DNA of 64,000 nucleotides from positions 7,192,001-7,256,000 of the forward strand of contig NC_043007.1 of assembly GCF_006345805.1 (NCBI RefSeq), in the 5' to 3' direction. Of the stretch, positions 38,628-51,770 are shown in pieces. Each line of letters starts with the position of its first letter. The first letter of the stretch is position 1. The stretch is from Octopus sinensis. Taxonomy: Eukaryota. The notes beneath the pieces were generated by a model that ran no database searches, was not told the origin of the DNA, and worked only from the letters and a program-made list of their open reading frames with translations. Both the position numbers and the translations under genes were made by a program.

Positions 38628-39617
38628 TGTGTTTCGAAATGTCATGAACAATTTCTTCATGAGGTAATAATAAGCGTGAGAAAGTATTTTGTAAATAAGT
38701 GATTGTTGAGTCTATTTTGCCATCCCAGTTCACTAAGTTATAGAATTGTACGATGAAACAATGAGAAAAAAAGGGAATATATTTAAAGGTTAATTATTTT
38801 GTTTATCATCTTGTTAACGAATGCTTAAGTGGAGAAATTAAAGATGTGCAGTGAGAAATATTTAATGTAGAATCACCTGCGAATTGTGTATGAGACCCTG
38901 TACTTGGGGAAAATGGAAATGGAAGATGGTTAAATTCAATATTCATATGAATAAATGTGTCTCCTGTTGAATGGTATATGTGCCGATGTTTTAACATTTT
39001 CTTGAAAGAATGATGCATTTTTATTATGTTACAAATTGAAAAAAACAGCAGATTTTCTTTAAAAATTACGAAGCCGTGGAGTACGTCGCCTTAGGAATAT
39101 TTGAAGTTAGTTTAAGATTTAATTTTGTTTTTATTTTCAAACGTCAAATATTACAGATTGCTTTGAATGGATTAAAAGAAAATCAAATTTTCATTGTTAC
39201 AGTATACTGTTCTTCATTCAACGTTATTGTAACAGTGATGCGATCCCTTGAGAGAACAGGTTATAAGCTAGTGTCTTCTGCTGTTGTTTAGTGCATTGCT
39301 AATGCCACTCAAACAGATTTATAGTCGATGTTATTCCAGTCATAACCATTATAGCCGTTCATGTAGACAGGACAAAGTAGTTCCACTGCATATCCTTTCC
39401 TATTCGTTCTGTTTTATTATTTTGATGTTGTTGAAGTTGTTCGGATATGATTTATGACTGTAGGTATTGGTGGGAGTTTATTCTTTCCTTGCTTAGATCC
39501 GGTAAAGAACTGAACGAGAAAACATATTGGTTTCAAGACCAGCAAATTCGATGGACTGGTTATATATACATGTTATATATTCATACATTTAAAAAACAGA
39601 TAACTGGTTATATATAC

Positions 39618-39930
39618 ATACGTATAAAAACAGATAAGTGCTCCAACAACGTACCAATATTTACTGGAGAATAGCAATTGATACAAATATGACGCTATCG
39701 TATAGTTTCACTGAGTATTTACCAGTAAAGACATGTCTGTGCAACAAACATCTTTGCTAGTAAATACGCAGTGAAACTATACAATAGCGTCGTATTTGTA
39801 TCGATTGCTATTTTCCAGCAAATATTGGTGCCTTGTCGTAACACTTATCTGTTTTTATATGTATAAATCTACCCTTATGGGGCTTTATTTTACTGGAAAC
39901 TAATACATTTGTATTACAATATTATTTCCA
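39618..39930. repeat. Diverged inverted repeat (~113-bp arms) plus a ~65-bp tail; probable inverted PLE terminus
   Basis: 39618-39731 versus ~39750-39864, about 14 mismatches by eye. The tail ends at TA repeats. Confidence 0.8.
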
Positions 39931-39938
39931 TATATATA

Positions 39939-40072
39939 GGCGCAGGAGTGGCTGTGTGGTAAGTAGCTTGCTAACCAACCACATGGTTCCGGGTTCAGTT
40001 CCACTGCGTGGCATCTTGGGCAATGTCTTGTGAGTGGATTTGGTAGACGGAAACTGAAAGAAGCCTGTCATA

Positions 40073-40115
<43 letters not shown>

Positions 40116-40311
40116 TTGTGTGTCTGTGTTTGTCCCCCTAGCATTGCTTGACAACCGATGCTGGTGTGTTTACGTCCCCGTCACTTAGCGGTTCGGAAAA
40201 AGAGACCGATAAAATAAGTACTGGGCTTACAAAGAATAAGTCCCGCGGTCGATCTGATCGACTAAGGGCGGTGCTCCAGCATGGCCGCAGTCAAAAGGAC
40301 TGAAACAAGTA
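39939..40311 (+). mobile_element. Near full-length family-1 SINE
   Basis: GGCGCAGGAGTGGCTGTGTGGTAAG A box, GGGTTCAGTTCC B box, internal (TA)n(TG)n, and tail GACTGAAACAAGTAAAA. Confidence 0.92.
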
Positions 40312-40337
40312 AAAAAAAAGATATATATATATATATA

Positions 40338-40503
40338 TACAATGGTCTTCTTTCAGTTTCCGTCAACCGAATCCACTCACAAATCTTTGATCGGCCCGAG
40401 GCTATAGTAGAAGACACTTTCCCAAGGTACCATGGAGTGAGACTGAACCCGGAACTATGTGCTTAGTTAGCAATCTACCTACCACACGGCCACCCCTGCG
40501 CCT
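40338..40503 (-). mobile_element. Family-1 SINE 5' half, inverted relative to its neighbour
   Basis: Reverse complement of the family head. Confidence 0.85.
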
Positions 40504-41223
40504 GCATATATATATATATATGATATCATATCATATATTTTCCATATGAATATATAGATATGTATGTATGCATTCATGCACACTTAATTTTAAACAAACA
40601 TACGTGTGTGTGTCTGCGGCTGTATGTGTGTGTGTGTATGTGTTTTCTCATAAGCGTATATAATGTGTTCTTTAGATGGATGCAACTTATTATTTACAAG
40701 AAATCAATGAATACATAAATATATAAGCTACAAACCACACAGAAAAGCAATTATTACGTGATCCCACAGTTATATTCAATACAACATATATGTTTATATA
40801 TGCATGTGTGTGTATGCATGTATGCATGTATGCATGTATGTATGCATATATATATATATGTATTTATATGTATTTATATGTAGAGAGACAGACAGACAGA
40901 TTTAATGTCATGCGTTTGTGGGCGAGTATTCCGCGCAAACATCCATCTGCATACAGTCAAACAAACGTCACACCGTTGTGCAGAGATAAATTTTCTCATG
41001 CATTAAACAATATTGGAGGTTATGAATAGCTGCAAAGAGATATTATACATATCAACACGAGAGTTACAAATATTACCGTTATAATGATGCTGGTGATGAT
41101 ATTAATAAATAACTATATTATAGCTATTACTACCACTAATACTAATACTACTCCTTCCACTTCTGCTGCTATTACTCGTGCCCCTGCTAGCGGTCGAATG
41201 AACGTGTAATATTATTAATATAA

Positions 41224-41224
<1 letters not shown>

Positions 41225-41292
<68 letters not shown>

Positions 41293-41335
41293 TATAAAAT
41301 AAAACTACTGAATAATAATAATAATAATAATAATA
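41225..41335. repeat. (TAA)n microsatellite
   Basis: Directly visible. A (TAT)n tract also lies at 46255-46360. Confidence 0.95.
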
Positions 41336-41474
41336 CATATTTCACCTGTGAATTTGCGTGTGTAATCTGGGAATGCATACAATGAGCTTCTCTGCCCTAG
41401 GTGTACGGAAAACACTCGGCGAGAAACGCAAGAAAATTTGAAGGAAGAAGGAATAATTAATAATAATAATAATA

Positions 41475-41693
41475 AGGGTCGCAAAGTTTTGGGTAGAAGG
41501 CCAGCAAATTCTGAAGGAAGGCGTAAGTTGATTACATTAAACCCACGATTCAACTGGTACTTATTTTAGCGTCGCTGATAGTATGAAAGGCGAAATCGAC
41601 CACAGCCAAATTTGAACTCTAAATATAAATCGGACAAAACGCCGCTAAACGTTTTTGTCCTGTGTACTAACGATTCTACCAACTCGCCGCCTT
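41475..41693 (-). mobile_element. Family-2 SINE
   Basis: Ends in AACGATTCTACCAACTCGCCGCCTT, the reverse complement of the head. Confidence 0.8.
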
Positions 41694-41791
41694 CGAAACT
41701 GAGCCGAGCTAACAGAATCGTTCAGGAGTGAAGAAAAACTACTTTGCAGTACTTTTCTTTACTTGTTTTCATTTACAATATTACTTGGATC

Positions 41792-42008
41792 AAAGGCGAC
41801 GAGCTGGCAGAAACGGTAGCACACCGGGCAAAATATCTAGCGGTATAGTTCGTCTATCTTTACCTTCTGAGTTCAAATTTCGCTAAAGTCGACTCTGCTT
41901 TTCATCCTTTCGGGGTCGATAAATTAAGTACCAGTTGCATACTGGGGTCGATCTCATTGACTGGCCCTCTCCCCCAAAATTTCGGGCCTTGTACTTAGTG
42001 TAGCAAAG
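41792..42008 (+). mobile_element. Family-2 SINE, well conserved
   Basis: Head, B box TTCTGAGTTCAAATT, and the TTTCATCCTTTCGGGGTCGATAAATTAAGTACCAG domain. Confidence 0.9.
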
Positions 42009-42636
42009 TATACTGCCTGGATCAACTTTGTCGTGTACTCTAGGAATCGGTAAAATAAAGTACCTGTCAATTGTTGGGGTCGTTGATATCTGATAATTCT
42101 CTCTCCACAAAATTATTGACCTTGGTTCTTAACTAATTTTGTCTTCGATTCTGTTGCTGTTTATTTAACTCCATTATTATGAAGAATATGATCCGTTTCT
42201 CATTACTTCTCCAAATGAACATTATTATTCCTATAATCATTCCTCCTCCTCCTCATAACAGTTTTAGATTTGTTACGCAACTGAAGTCCTAACCTTTTCC
42301 TAACACGATGATAAACTGGCGCTATTGGATTTTATCTGGGATAATTGCCAAGGACGTCTACACAGGAACAAATATAGAATAAAGTTTTTCCTTTCTTTCT
42401 TTTTTTTTTCACAGAACTCCATTCGGAATTCCATTTTTTTTTTGCTCTTTTCCTATAATAAATAATAAATCAATCCCTTCATAGATTTAATATTAAAAGT
42501 CGGTTTTCAATTTAATCGTATCGAAACCTTAAACCCTTCTTGTAGCTTCCTATATATTTGATTCTCTCCTCTTTTTTTCTCTTTATCACTCTCTCTCTCT
42601 TTCTCTTTCTTAGTATGTATATATATATATATATAG

Positions 42637-42670
<34 letters not shown>

Positions 42671-42823
42671 ATATGCATATATATATATATATGCATGTAT
42701 ATATATGCATATATATACATACATATATATATATACGCATATATATATGTATTATATATGCATATATATACATATATATATGATATATTATATATACACA
42801 TATATATGCATATATATATGTAT

Positions 42824-42862
<39 letters not shown>

Positions 42863-43537
42863 CGCATATATATAGCATATATATATGCATTATTATATAT
42901 ATATATATATATTATATATATATATATATATGTATGACAGTTGCATGAACATGTGTGTTTACGCGTGGGTGTGCCCTCACACACATACTCACATATACAG
43001 GCATGTGTGTATGTATGTATATATGTATATATGTATGTGTGTGTGTATGTATGTATGTACGTGTGTGCGCATGTATGTATGTGTGTGTGTGTGTGAATGA
43101 ATGTAAGTGTATCCAGCATCAGCTTTATAATAACGCAAATGATTGTGGCTGTTGTGCAGTAATGCTTTTCCCTCTTCGTTTCCTTTTTCTTCCTCTTCTC
43201 GCCACGAGGTGAGCAATATATCTACGCATAATATTGCTGTTAAGTCACGTAAAGATGGAGAGGCTCAGCTCAAGAGATGTGTTAATGCCTCACTGATGTC
43301 AACATATTAGTTCAATCAATATGAAAGCCTCGCTATAGAAAGGGAAAGTTCAATACGATTTAATTTATTGTCAGTGCGAGTTCAAGGAAATTTAGTTATA
43401 TCTCACGTTCTAACGAACAAAACAACATCAATTACTTAACACTGATGTATGAATGTGTGGACACACGAACAGAGATTTAACTTCATTCTTATGCACACAC
43501 ACACATATGTGTGTGTGCTGCCACTCAGCCTCCCCTT

Positions 43538-43628
<91 letters not shown>

Positions 43629-43690
43629 GACATATATATGTATGCATGTATGTATGTGTGTGTGTATGTATGTATGAATAGATGTAAGTA

Positions 43691-43721
<31 letters not shown>

Positions 43722-43722
<1 letters not shown>

Positions 43723-43884
43723 GGTGAAGGAGTGGCTGCGTGCTAAGAAGCTTGATTCTCAACCACATGTTTCCAGGTTCACTCCCAATGCGTGGCACTT
43801 TGCGCAAGTGTCTTCAGCTAAAGCCTTGAGCCAACCAAGGCCTTGTTAGTGGATTTGGTAGATGAAACAGAAATAATCCCGTCA
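43722..43884 (+). mobile_element. Family-1 SINE 5' half
   Basis: GGAGTGGCTGCGTGCTAAGAAGCTT...GTGGATTTGGTAGA. Confidence 0.8.
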
Positions 43885-44522
43885 CATATATATATATGTA
43901 TGTATGATATATATCATATAGGTAGATGTATTATATATATATATATATTATATACGCATACATATTTACATACATGTAAAATGCTATGTTTAATGGTAAA
44001 TGACAGCGATGATTTCCATATTCCTTCTGTAGAAAATGCTAAGAGTATCCTGGGACATCTTATATCTTTTGATCGTCGCTGCATCTCTGTTTTCCAAAGA
44101 TTTGGCGGAACTTTTTACTAAATCCCTTTCGTTGAGGTCCATCGAATTACGTTTTTAACCTTTGGCTGATGCCTGATCAGAAATACTCGATAGAAATGTT
44201 ATGTTATTTACCAAAATGTATATCAATAGATATATTTTTCAATCTCTTAGCCAGGAAGAAGGGCATGCCGAAGAAGGCCCCTAATTATGTTAATTGAGAA
44301 GAAAATAGAAAGACACAGCCACAGTGTGAATCTAGTCTCAGAGCATGCATCGCAGTCCATCCTGCTACCAACAGCTTGTATAGAAATGGCATAATTGTAA
44401 AGAGGTAGCCTGTTTGTAGAGATATATGTGTGCGTGAGCGCGCGCGTCTGTATGCATGTGCGTGTGTGTGTGTGTCAGTGAGTGTGTGAGTATAATTATA
44501 CGTACATATATATATATGTTCG

Positions 44523-44553
<31 letters not shown>

Positions 44554-44843
44554 TTCACAGCCACTTCAACATGGCTGTTCTTTTCGACAGGATTGTACGG
44601 CAATTTTTGTAACCCCAAGAGGACAATTCCTCTACTGGTTAAAGATGTACAGCTGTATCGAATACATTGCGAGCGGGTGAGCAAACCGGTACCGTATTCT
44701 AGCGACGGAACCAGCAGACCAGCACTGAAGAGGTAGTAGTAGTAGTATATATAATATATATGTATATATATAAGTATATATGCATATATATATATATATA
44801 TACACAATATATGTATATACAATACATATAAACAATATATATG

Positions 44844-44958
<115 letters not shown>

Positions 44959-45921
44959 GCACAATATATATATATATACAATGCATATATATATATTTAC
45001 AATATTCTTTTACTCTTTTCCTTGTTTCAGTCATATAACTGCGGTTCTGCTGGAACATATAAAGGGATAAAGTGCGTAACTGGTACTTATATAATCGACC
45101 TCGAAAGGATTACACTCACATGTATATATACATGTATGCATCATATGTATATATGTATGTGTTGTATACATGCATATACACATGCATATATGTATGCATG
45201 CATTTATGTAGGTATGTTTGCATGAACGTATATATGCACGTATATACGTATGTATTTATGAATGAATTTATGTATGCGTGCATGTATGTATGTAAATCAG
45301 TCTGGTTTCTATTCAGTTTCCCTGAGGTATATTCCACTTACAAGATTTTGTTAGAGTCGAGGCTTGGTTAGGAAGGTTAGAAGTTCTTAACCATCCTCTC
45401 TGCGCACTTACCCATCCCTTCTATCTTTGTACCCATAACTAATCTGACATCTTCGTATCCCTCTATGTATTTCACTTAAACTAAAACTGAGTAAATGTAT
45501 GTATAAATTGGTGTTGAGGAAACAGAAAATAAAATGTCCTAAAATCTGGAATGAAACAAGGAAATTTTGTGATAATTATTGTCTGGAAACGATTTTCCCC
45601 CTACATGTGACTCTATACAAAGTATACTTAAAATATTAAAAGTTAGATATCTGATGCATATGAACTATAAATATTTGCAACGTTAAGAATATTTTTTTTA
45701 TCATAATCGTACATTTTTCATTCGGTCAAGTGTAAAGGAAGGCATCACGGCTTTTCATAAAAAGAGTAAACTACTTCGTGTTCCGCTTCAGAAGGCAACA
45801 GTTTTTCAATATGCTGCGATCGGCTGAAGATCTGCCACAGCAACCATCATTTAACGCATATATATATATATTTCATAAATAATTCATGGCTTTCTTTAGG
45901 CATATGTTTTAATTCACTTTA

Positions 45922-46170
45922 TGGAAGGCGCGTGGCTTAGTGGTTAGAGTCGTCGGTTCAGGGTCGTGAGTTCGATTCTTGGCAGCGTGTTGTGTACTTG
46001 AGCAAGACATTTTACATCACGTTTCTCCAGAACACTCCGTTGACAAAATAACTTGTACCTGTAATTCAGAGGATCAGCCTTGTCAGATTTTTTGTGTCAT
46101 GCTGACTTTCCCTGGAAGCTATGTTAAGGATAGTAATGGCTGTGGTGATCTCAGCCACTTGCACATTAAT
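45922..46170 (+). mobile_element. Family-3 SINE
   Basis: GGCGCGTGGCTTAGTGGTTAGAG A box, GAGTTCGATTC B box, CTTGAGCAAGACA. Confidence 0.75.
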
Positions 46171-46296
46171 ATCATGACTATTCCACTGAATTTGCTGGCT
46201 TTGTGCCAAAATTTAAAAACTTATATCTAAATATCTCGTTTTGATGTTTTGCTTTTATTATTATTATTATTATTACTATAATGATAATTATTATTA

Positions 46297-46361
<65 letters not shown>

Positions 46362-46384
46362 TTCTATTCCATAGCAAACGCCTC

Positions 46385-46754
46385 TTTTACTCATTTCAGT
46401 CATTTGACTGGGGCCATACTGGAGTACCGCCTTTAGTCGAGCAAATCGACCCCAGAACTTATTCTTTGTAAACCTAGTATTTATTCTATCGGTCTATGTT
46501 GTCGAACCGCTAAGTTACGGGAACATAAACACACCAGCATCAGTTATCAAGCGATGTTGGTAGGACAAGCACAGACACATAAACATATGCACACACATAC
46601 ATATACGACGGGCTTCTTCCAGTTTCCGTCTACCAAATCCCCTCACAAGGCTTTGGCAGGCTCGATGCTATGCCCAAGGTGCCACGCAGTGGGACTGAAC
46701 CCATGACCATGTGGTTGGTAAGCAAGCTACTTACCACACAGCCACTCCAGCGCC
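46385..46754 (-). mobile_element. Family-1 SINE
   Basis: Reverse complement of the family sequence. Confidence 0.9.
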
Positions 46755-48075
46755 TGTAAATTAACCTGTAATCGCTATTGCTCGTTGTTTCTGCAATTGA
46801 ATGTTTTGTTCCCAGCCGTACGCAGCCGCCGTACACAGACGGACACTAATTTCGCCACTTGAAAACATTTCCAATATATAAGTCATGCTTAGATTATTTA
46901 TGCACTTGTGTAAAATATATTATGAATTAGATGTGCAGTGATGTGAATTTCCATAAAGATATGACAAACAATATAATGTAAAGCGAAATGTGAAATGAAT
47001 TTAAGTAATTGCTCTTCAATTGGATGTAATTTTACGATAAATATGATATGACAAGAGGCTTTGTAAGAGAAGAGAACATGTCAGGTTTTTGTGCCGATGT
47101 GCTTTTCAATATGATTGATTTATAATGTTTGTAGGACACGTCAGTACCTTTAATAATCTGGCTCAAAGAATATTAGAATAAAATATCAGAAAGCGATTAT
47201 GACCAGTTCAGTTTAATGTGATGTTGGTATTGTAGAGAAATGACATGTTTGAAGAGGGTTGAATGAACGTCTTGTGTTTTTATAACAATAACATCAACAA
47301 CATCCCTGGAGACAGAAAATAGGAAGAAGAGCGAAAAATTAACAATGACGCTAACGAGAATGAAAACCACAATGAAAAAGATTAGTTTAATAATAATTAC
47401 CGTTTAATTTACAGAGACTCGGAGTACGGATGGAGGTCATTGTGAAAAAAATGTGCTTTTGTTTTCAATTTTCTTCAGATAGTAGAATTATAAATCAATA
47501 TTGTTAACATTTATCGATTGTCATTCAACGATGCAACACAATAACTACCTACATCCTATCAAAATATATAAATACTTATACATTTGCATATGCCTTTGTG
47601 TAATTCAACTTGTGTATATGATGAACACTGTACAATTGTAAGTAAACTATGAGAAAAATGTGTGTGTGTGTGTAAGCAACTCTAATTCAAAATCTAATCG
47701 CAGCGGTTTAATTCCATAAACCCCACCGATGGCTATATCACCGAATGCACCTGTCTTCTCACCCATGAAAAATCGTAGACTTTCGTAACTTAAAGGAGAA
47801 TGCATTAACTAAATTAATTATTGATTTAAAATATTTGCTTTAGATCTATCGAGGGTAAGTAGATTGATTAAACATACGACTAGTAATGAATTTATCAATA
47901 ACAGAAAGGTACAACGCGGCTTCGGTAAGATTTCGAACCAGAATGCTGAAAGGAGAAAGCTAACGTTACGTGAGAATTACTGCGATGTATTACTGTTTCT
48001 GCCAGCGTTCCCGATTTCTCTCTAATTACTCGATTTTTTATGACGTGAATCAACTTTCGAAAGTAGAACTGTTCT

Positions 48076-48227
48076 TTTCTACTCTAGGCACAAGGCCCGA
48101 AATGTTGTGGGAGGGGACTAGTCGATTAGATTGACCCCAGTACGCAACTGGTACTTAATTTATCGACCCCGAAAGTATGAAAGACAAAGTCGACCTCGGC
48201 AGAATTTGAACACAGAACGTAAAGACA
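48076..48227 (-). mobile_element. 5'-truncated family-2 SINE with a 17-bp target-site duplication
   Basis: GAAAGTAGAACTGTTCT at 48059-48075 and 48228-48244. Confidence 0.92.
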
Positions 48228-49816
48228 GAAAGTAGAACTGTTCTCTTGAACTAAAGAGCCCTTAAGATTTCACCATAACCAAAAGAGAAGCTTATTTAGA
48301 CCCCCTTAATCGACGAATCAATTATTGATTTTATAATGTTCGCCAGTCTTTCAATGAACGATTTAATTATGTTCTCATTACCACAAAATCAAGAAGCAGC
48401 AATACCTGATCGCAACATAATTTTATGTGTTTAATTTTGTTGTGTGCAATGTATTGTATTCACTCATTTTTTTCTCTCTGCTTATGAAACTTTTGCCACA
48501 GAGAAAAGGAGAAACAGGGCATTCCTTTAGCTGTTCCAGGATCGTTAGACAATTGGAAGACGTTTTGATGTAACTTCTCGATCCTATCAGTTTTAATAAT
48601 GTCTTAAAACACGGGAAGCATCCTTGGCTAATTTTAGAGGGTCGTCAGCTCTGATGCGCTTTATGTATTGGTACCTTGTCTGGTGGCTTTTGTCAATGAA
48701 GACGAAGATCAGGTCGAAACATCAATGTCTGGTTATTCTCTCAGAAGCATTCTCAGCGCAAGCACAGTTTAACGTGTGTGTGTGTGTGAGAGAGATAGAG
48801 AGAGAGAGAGAGTGACGTGTCTTTGTGTATTTGTGATACAAATGCTATACTCATTCTTCTTTTAATTTAATGCTATTTTAAGTGCGTATATAGATATTAT
48901 TTTGGGTCAAAGTAGTGAACTAATCCGTATCCGTATCATAGTGGACCCTAAAGGCATCTAAGAGTGGTCTTAGAGAGACAAAATGCATGGGATTACGCCC
49001 GTGCATTTCCGGCATCCCTTTTTTTATTACACAAACTTATTGAACCGACTTGAGGCGATAGGAGATGTTGGTGGTTTAAGGTGCCACACACTGGAATCTA
49101 ATCTGTAATCAGGCGGTTCAAAGACAATCTCTTTTAAATCATGAGCATATCTGTGGCTGCGATATTAACATCTTCTTCAAATAGATATGTTTTACTTTCA
49201 TTTCATCTGCTTCAAAGTATTATCTTGAAAGAATCGGCTAAAGATTTTGCATATATTTTCAATTTAAAATTCATCTTCAGATTTGATATATAATTTTACT
49301 TCAAAATGTTTATTGCGATATAAAAAAAAGTGTTGGGTATGATATTACAAGTTCTTTGTTTACATTTTAGTCATTTTATTTACTACTAAATATATAATAT
49401 ATTTTATATAGAGAGTATACATATATATCAGCTTTTTAAATTTTGTGTTCTATACTTCTATGCGTTTTATCTTTTTTTCTCTCTACTTGACATGCTACTT
49501 TAGTAAAATTGCATCAAAATTCAAAAAAATAAACGAATATTAATAACTGATTTATTCAGCGGTATTTTAAACGTTCAAAGACATTATATATATTTTTCGT
49601 TTAATGTAAAATTATGGTATATTGATTTGTATTTGAAATGAAAAGATTTTGGTTAACGAAAAGAATAATATTCAATATAATATTTAGAAGTTATTTCGTT
49701 AGTTGCATTACGTAATAGACATAGGTTATTACTAAGTAGCAACTGACTAAATGGATTATATGAAGTTTTATATACTTACATTCGTAAACGTGAATAGACA
49801 CTCTGACAGTTCTAGA

Positions 49817-49860
49817 TACATACATACATACATACATACATACATACATACATACATACA

Positions 49861-49890
<30 letters not shown>
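49817..49890. repeat. (TACA)n microsatellite
   Basis: Directly visible. Confidence 0.97.
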
Positions 49891-49895
<5 letters not shown>

Positions 49896-49904
49896 GGAAA
49901 AGTC

Positions 49905-50345
49905 TTTTAGTTAATTATTTTGGGACACCATGGACCACTGGACCAGAGAGTTATTGTTGGTTGAGACGTATCCAGGTGTAGATGGTTTGTCCGGTATTTC
50001 CTGGAGGAATTTGTCCAGGTACCGTTTGAAAGTTGTGGGGTCTTTTTCTACATTAATTTCTTTCGGGATAACATTGAAAAGTACAGGACCATTTGCAGTG
50101 AAGAAATTGTGTTGCAATGTTCTTATGTGATGTGATCTCGACCTTTGTAAGGGACGCATTGCACGGAGGCCTAGTCTTGGGTGAATTGTAAACATAATAC
50201 CGATATCATTTGGATAATATTGGCGGAATATTTTCTACATGGTTCAAATAATGTATCGTTCACGGCGGCCTTGCAGAGAACAGGGCTTCAGCTGTTTAAG
50301 TCGAGCCCAATAATCAAGTTCCATTATGTCATTTATTGTTTTTGT
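49905..50345 (-). mobile_element. CR1-group LINE ORF2 3' end
   Basis: LDYWARLKQLKPCSLQGRRERY...NFFTANGPVLFNVIPKEI..FKRYLDKFLQEIPDKPSTPGY. Confidence 0.8.
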
Positions 50346-50409
50346 GATCGATCTTTTTGGCGCTTCGATCCTCTTTATGTTTTGTTTTACTCATATATAT
50401 ACATATGAG

Positions 50410-50912
50410 TAAAAGTAAGGACAAGCTAGTGAGGCAAGTCGATATACAAAAAATATTAAAATACATTTAATACAAAATGTTTACATATAAAAAGGTCCAA
50501 CTTACACAGAATGTAAATGATGACACGAATTAAAAGGGTTGAATAAAATATTTAGGAGTCCGACAGCAGTTTCTTGGGGCTTGGTGGTACGAAATAATGA
50601 TTTTTAATTGATTTCATCAATGGATAATATCAACCTCCGTCTTCAGGGAAGAATTTTACATTTGACGTGTTTACAGAAAGGATATTAAAGATGAAAAGGC
50701 TTTGTGGAGAACTATAAAACTCGGACCGTTTTATATGAAAACATTTGTGCATTTTTTGTATTAAATGTATTTAGTAATTTTTCTTTTTTTGTATTTCGAC
50801 TTGCCTAACTTGCTTCTCCTTAAATGTATTCCTCTACCTGCTCAAGTTTAAATCTCTTGAGCACTACCAAGAATATTCTATACGGAGAATATCTATCTTT
50901 CATCTATAAAGT
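50410..50912 (-). mobile_element. PLE pLTR remnant (family C) with diverged inverted arms and tail
   Basis: 50415-50500 is the diverged reverse complement of 50723-50822. A ~90-nt tail runs to (TA)n, and an HHR lies inside. Confidence 0.7.
50559..50649 (-). ncRNA. Degenerate type I hammerhead motif (family C)
   Basis: Reverse complement: UCC-CUGAAGA-long imperfect helix II-GAAAC-UGCU-GUC-GGA. Confidence 0.65.
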
Positions 50913-50977
50913 ACATATATATATATAATATATACATATATATATAATATATATACATACATATATATATGTATATA

Positions 50978-51023
<46 letters not shown>

Positions 51024-51329
51024 ATATATATTATATATATATATATACATATATAGAGAGAGAGATTGACAGACAGACATACAATCATTGGTATATGCAT
51101 ACAAATGTATACATATGTGTGTGTATGTGCGCGCGCGTTTGTGTGTATGTCATGTGTATATGACTTTTAAGACCAGCCAAACTTTCACACATTTTATTAC
51201 ATACTGTGCCACCGTATGCACTATCTTAACATCTCTTTTCAGACCTCCAACTGAGAGGCACACCCTTCCACATTTTACACACGCTCTGTTGTGAATTGTA
51301 ATAACCACATCATTGTTATAACATGGATG

Positions 51330-51606
51330 GACTCCTGTGGGATGATTGATCCGGCTTCCATGACTCAAACACTTCCTCCCACAAACAACACACACAAAAA
51401 ATAACACCCCCTCCCTCTCCACAGGTTCCCTCCTTCTAAGACCCCTCCTAATTGTCTCATACGTCAGTCTCTCCCATGCAAACCCCATACGATCACTATC
51501 CACTGTCTTCCTCCATTCCTGGGCCTCCTTCTCCCAATCACCAACGGCAATTCCTGTCTGTATTAGAGCATTTTTAAAGCAATCCTTAAACCTTAGTTTA
51601 GGCTTA
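51330..51606 (-). mobile_element. RTE-group LINE 3' end with a C-terminal CxxC..H knuckle
   Basis: KPKLRFKDCFKNALIQTGI...WEKEAQ.WRKTV...FVCVVCGRKCLSHGSRINH. Confidence 0.75.
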
Positions 51607-51626
51607 TATACACACACACACACACA

Positions 51627-51770
51627 TGAGTTCAAGTCCTGCCGAGGTTGATTTTTGCCTTTTTATCCTTTCGGGGTCGATAAAATAAGTACCGGCTGAG
51701 CACCGGGGTCAATACAATCGATTCACCTCTCCTTCGAAAATGCTGATCTTGTAACAAAGTTTGAACCCAA
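51627..51770 (+). mobile_element. 5'-truncated family-2 SINE, with a further fragment to ~51940
   Basis: GAGTTCAAGTCCTGCCGAGG...CCTTTCGGGGTCGATAAAATAAGTACC. Confidence 0.75.

Noticed and set aside
45922-45985. tRNA gene candidates (also 32150 and 1940)
   Set aside because: A and B boxes are present but no complete cloverleaf forms, and SINE bodies follow.
48690-48730. GAC...GTC-GAAAC stem resembling a hammerhead
   Set aside because: No CUGANGA core and no helix I can be found.
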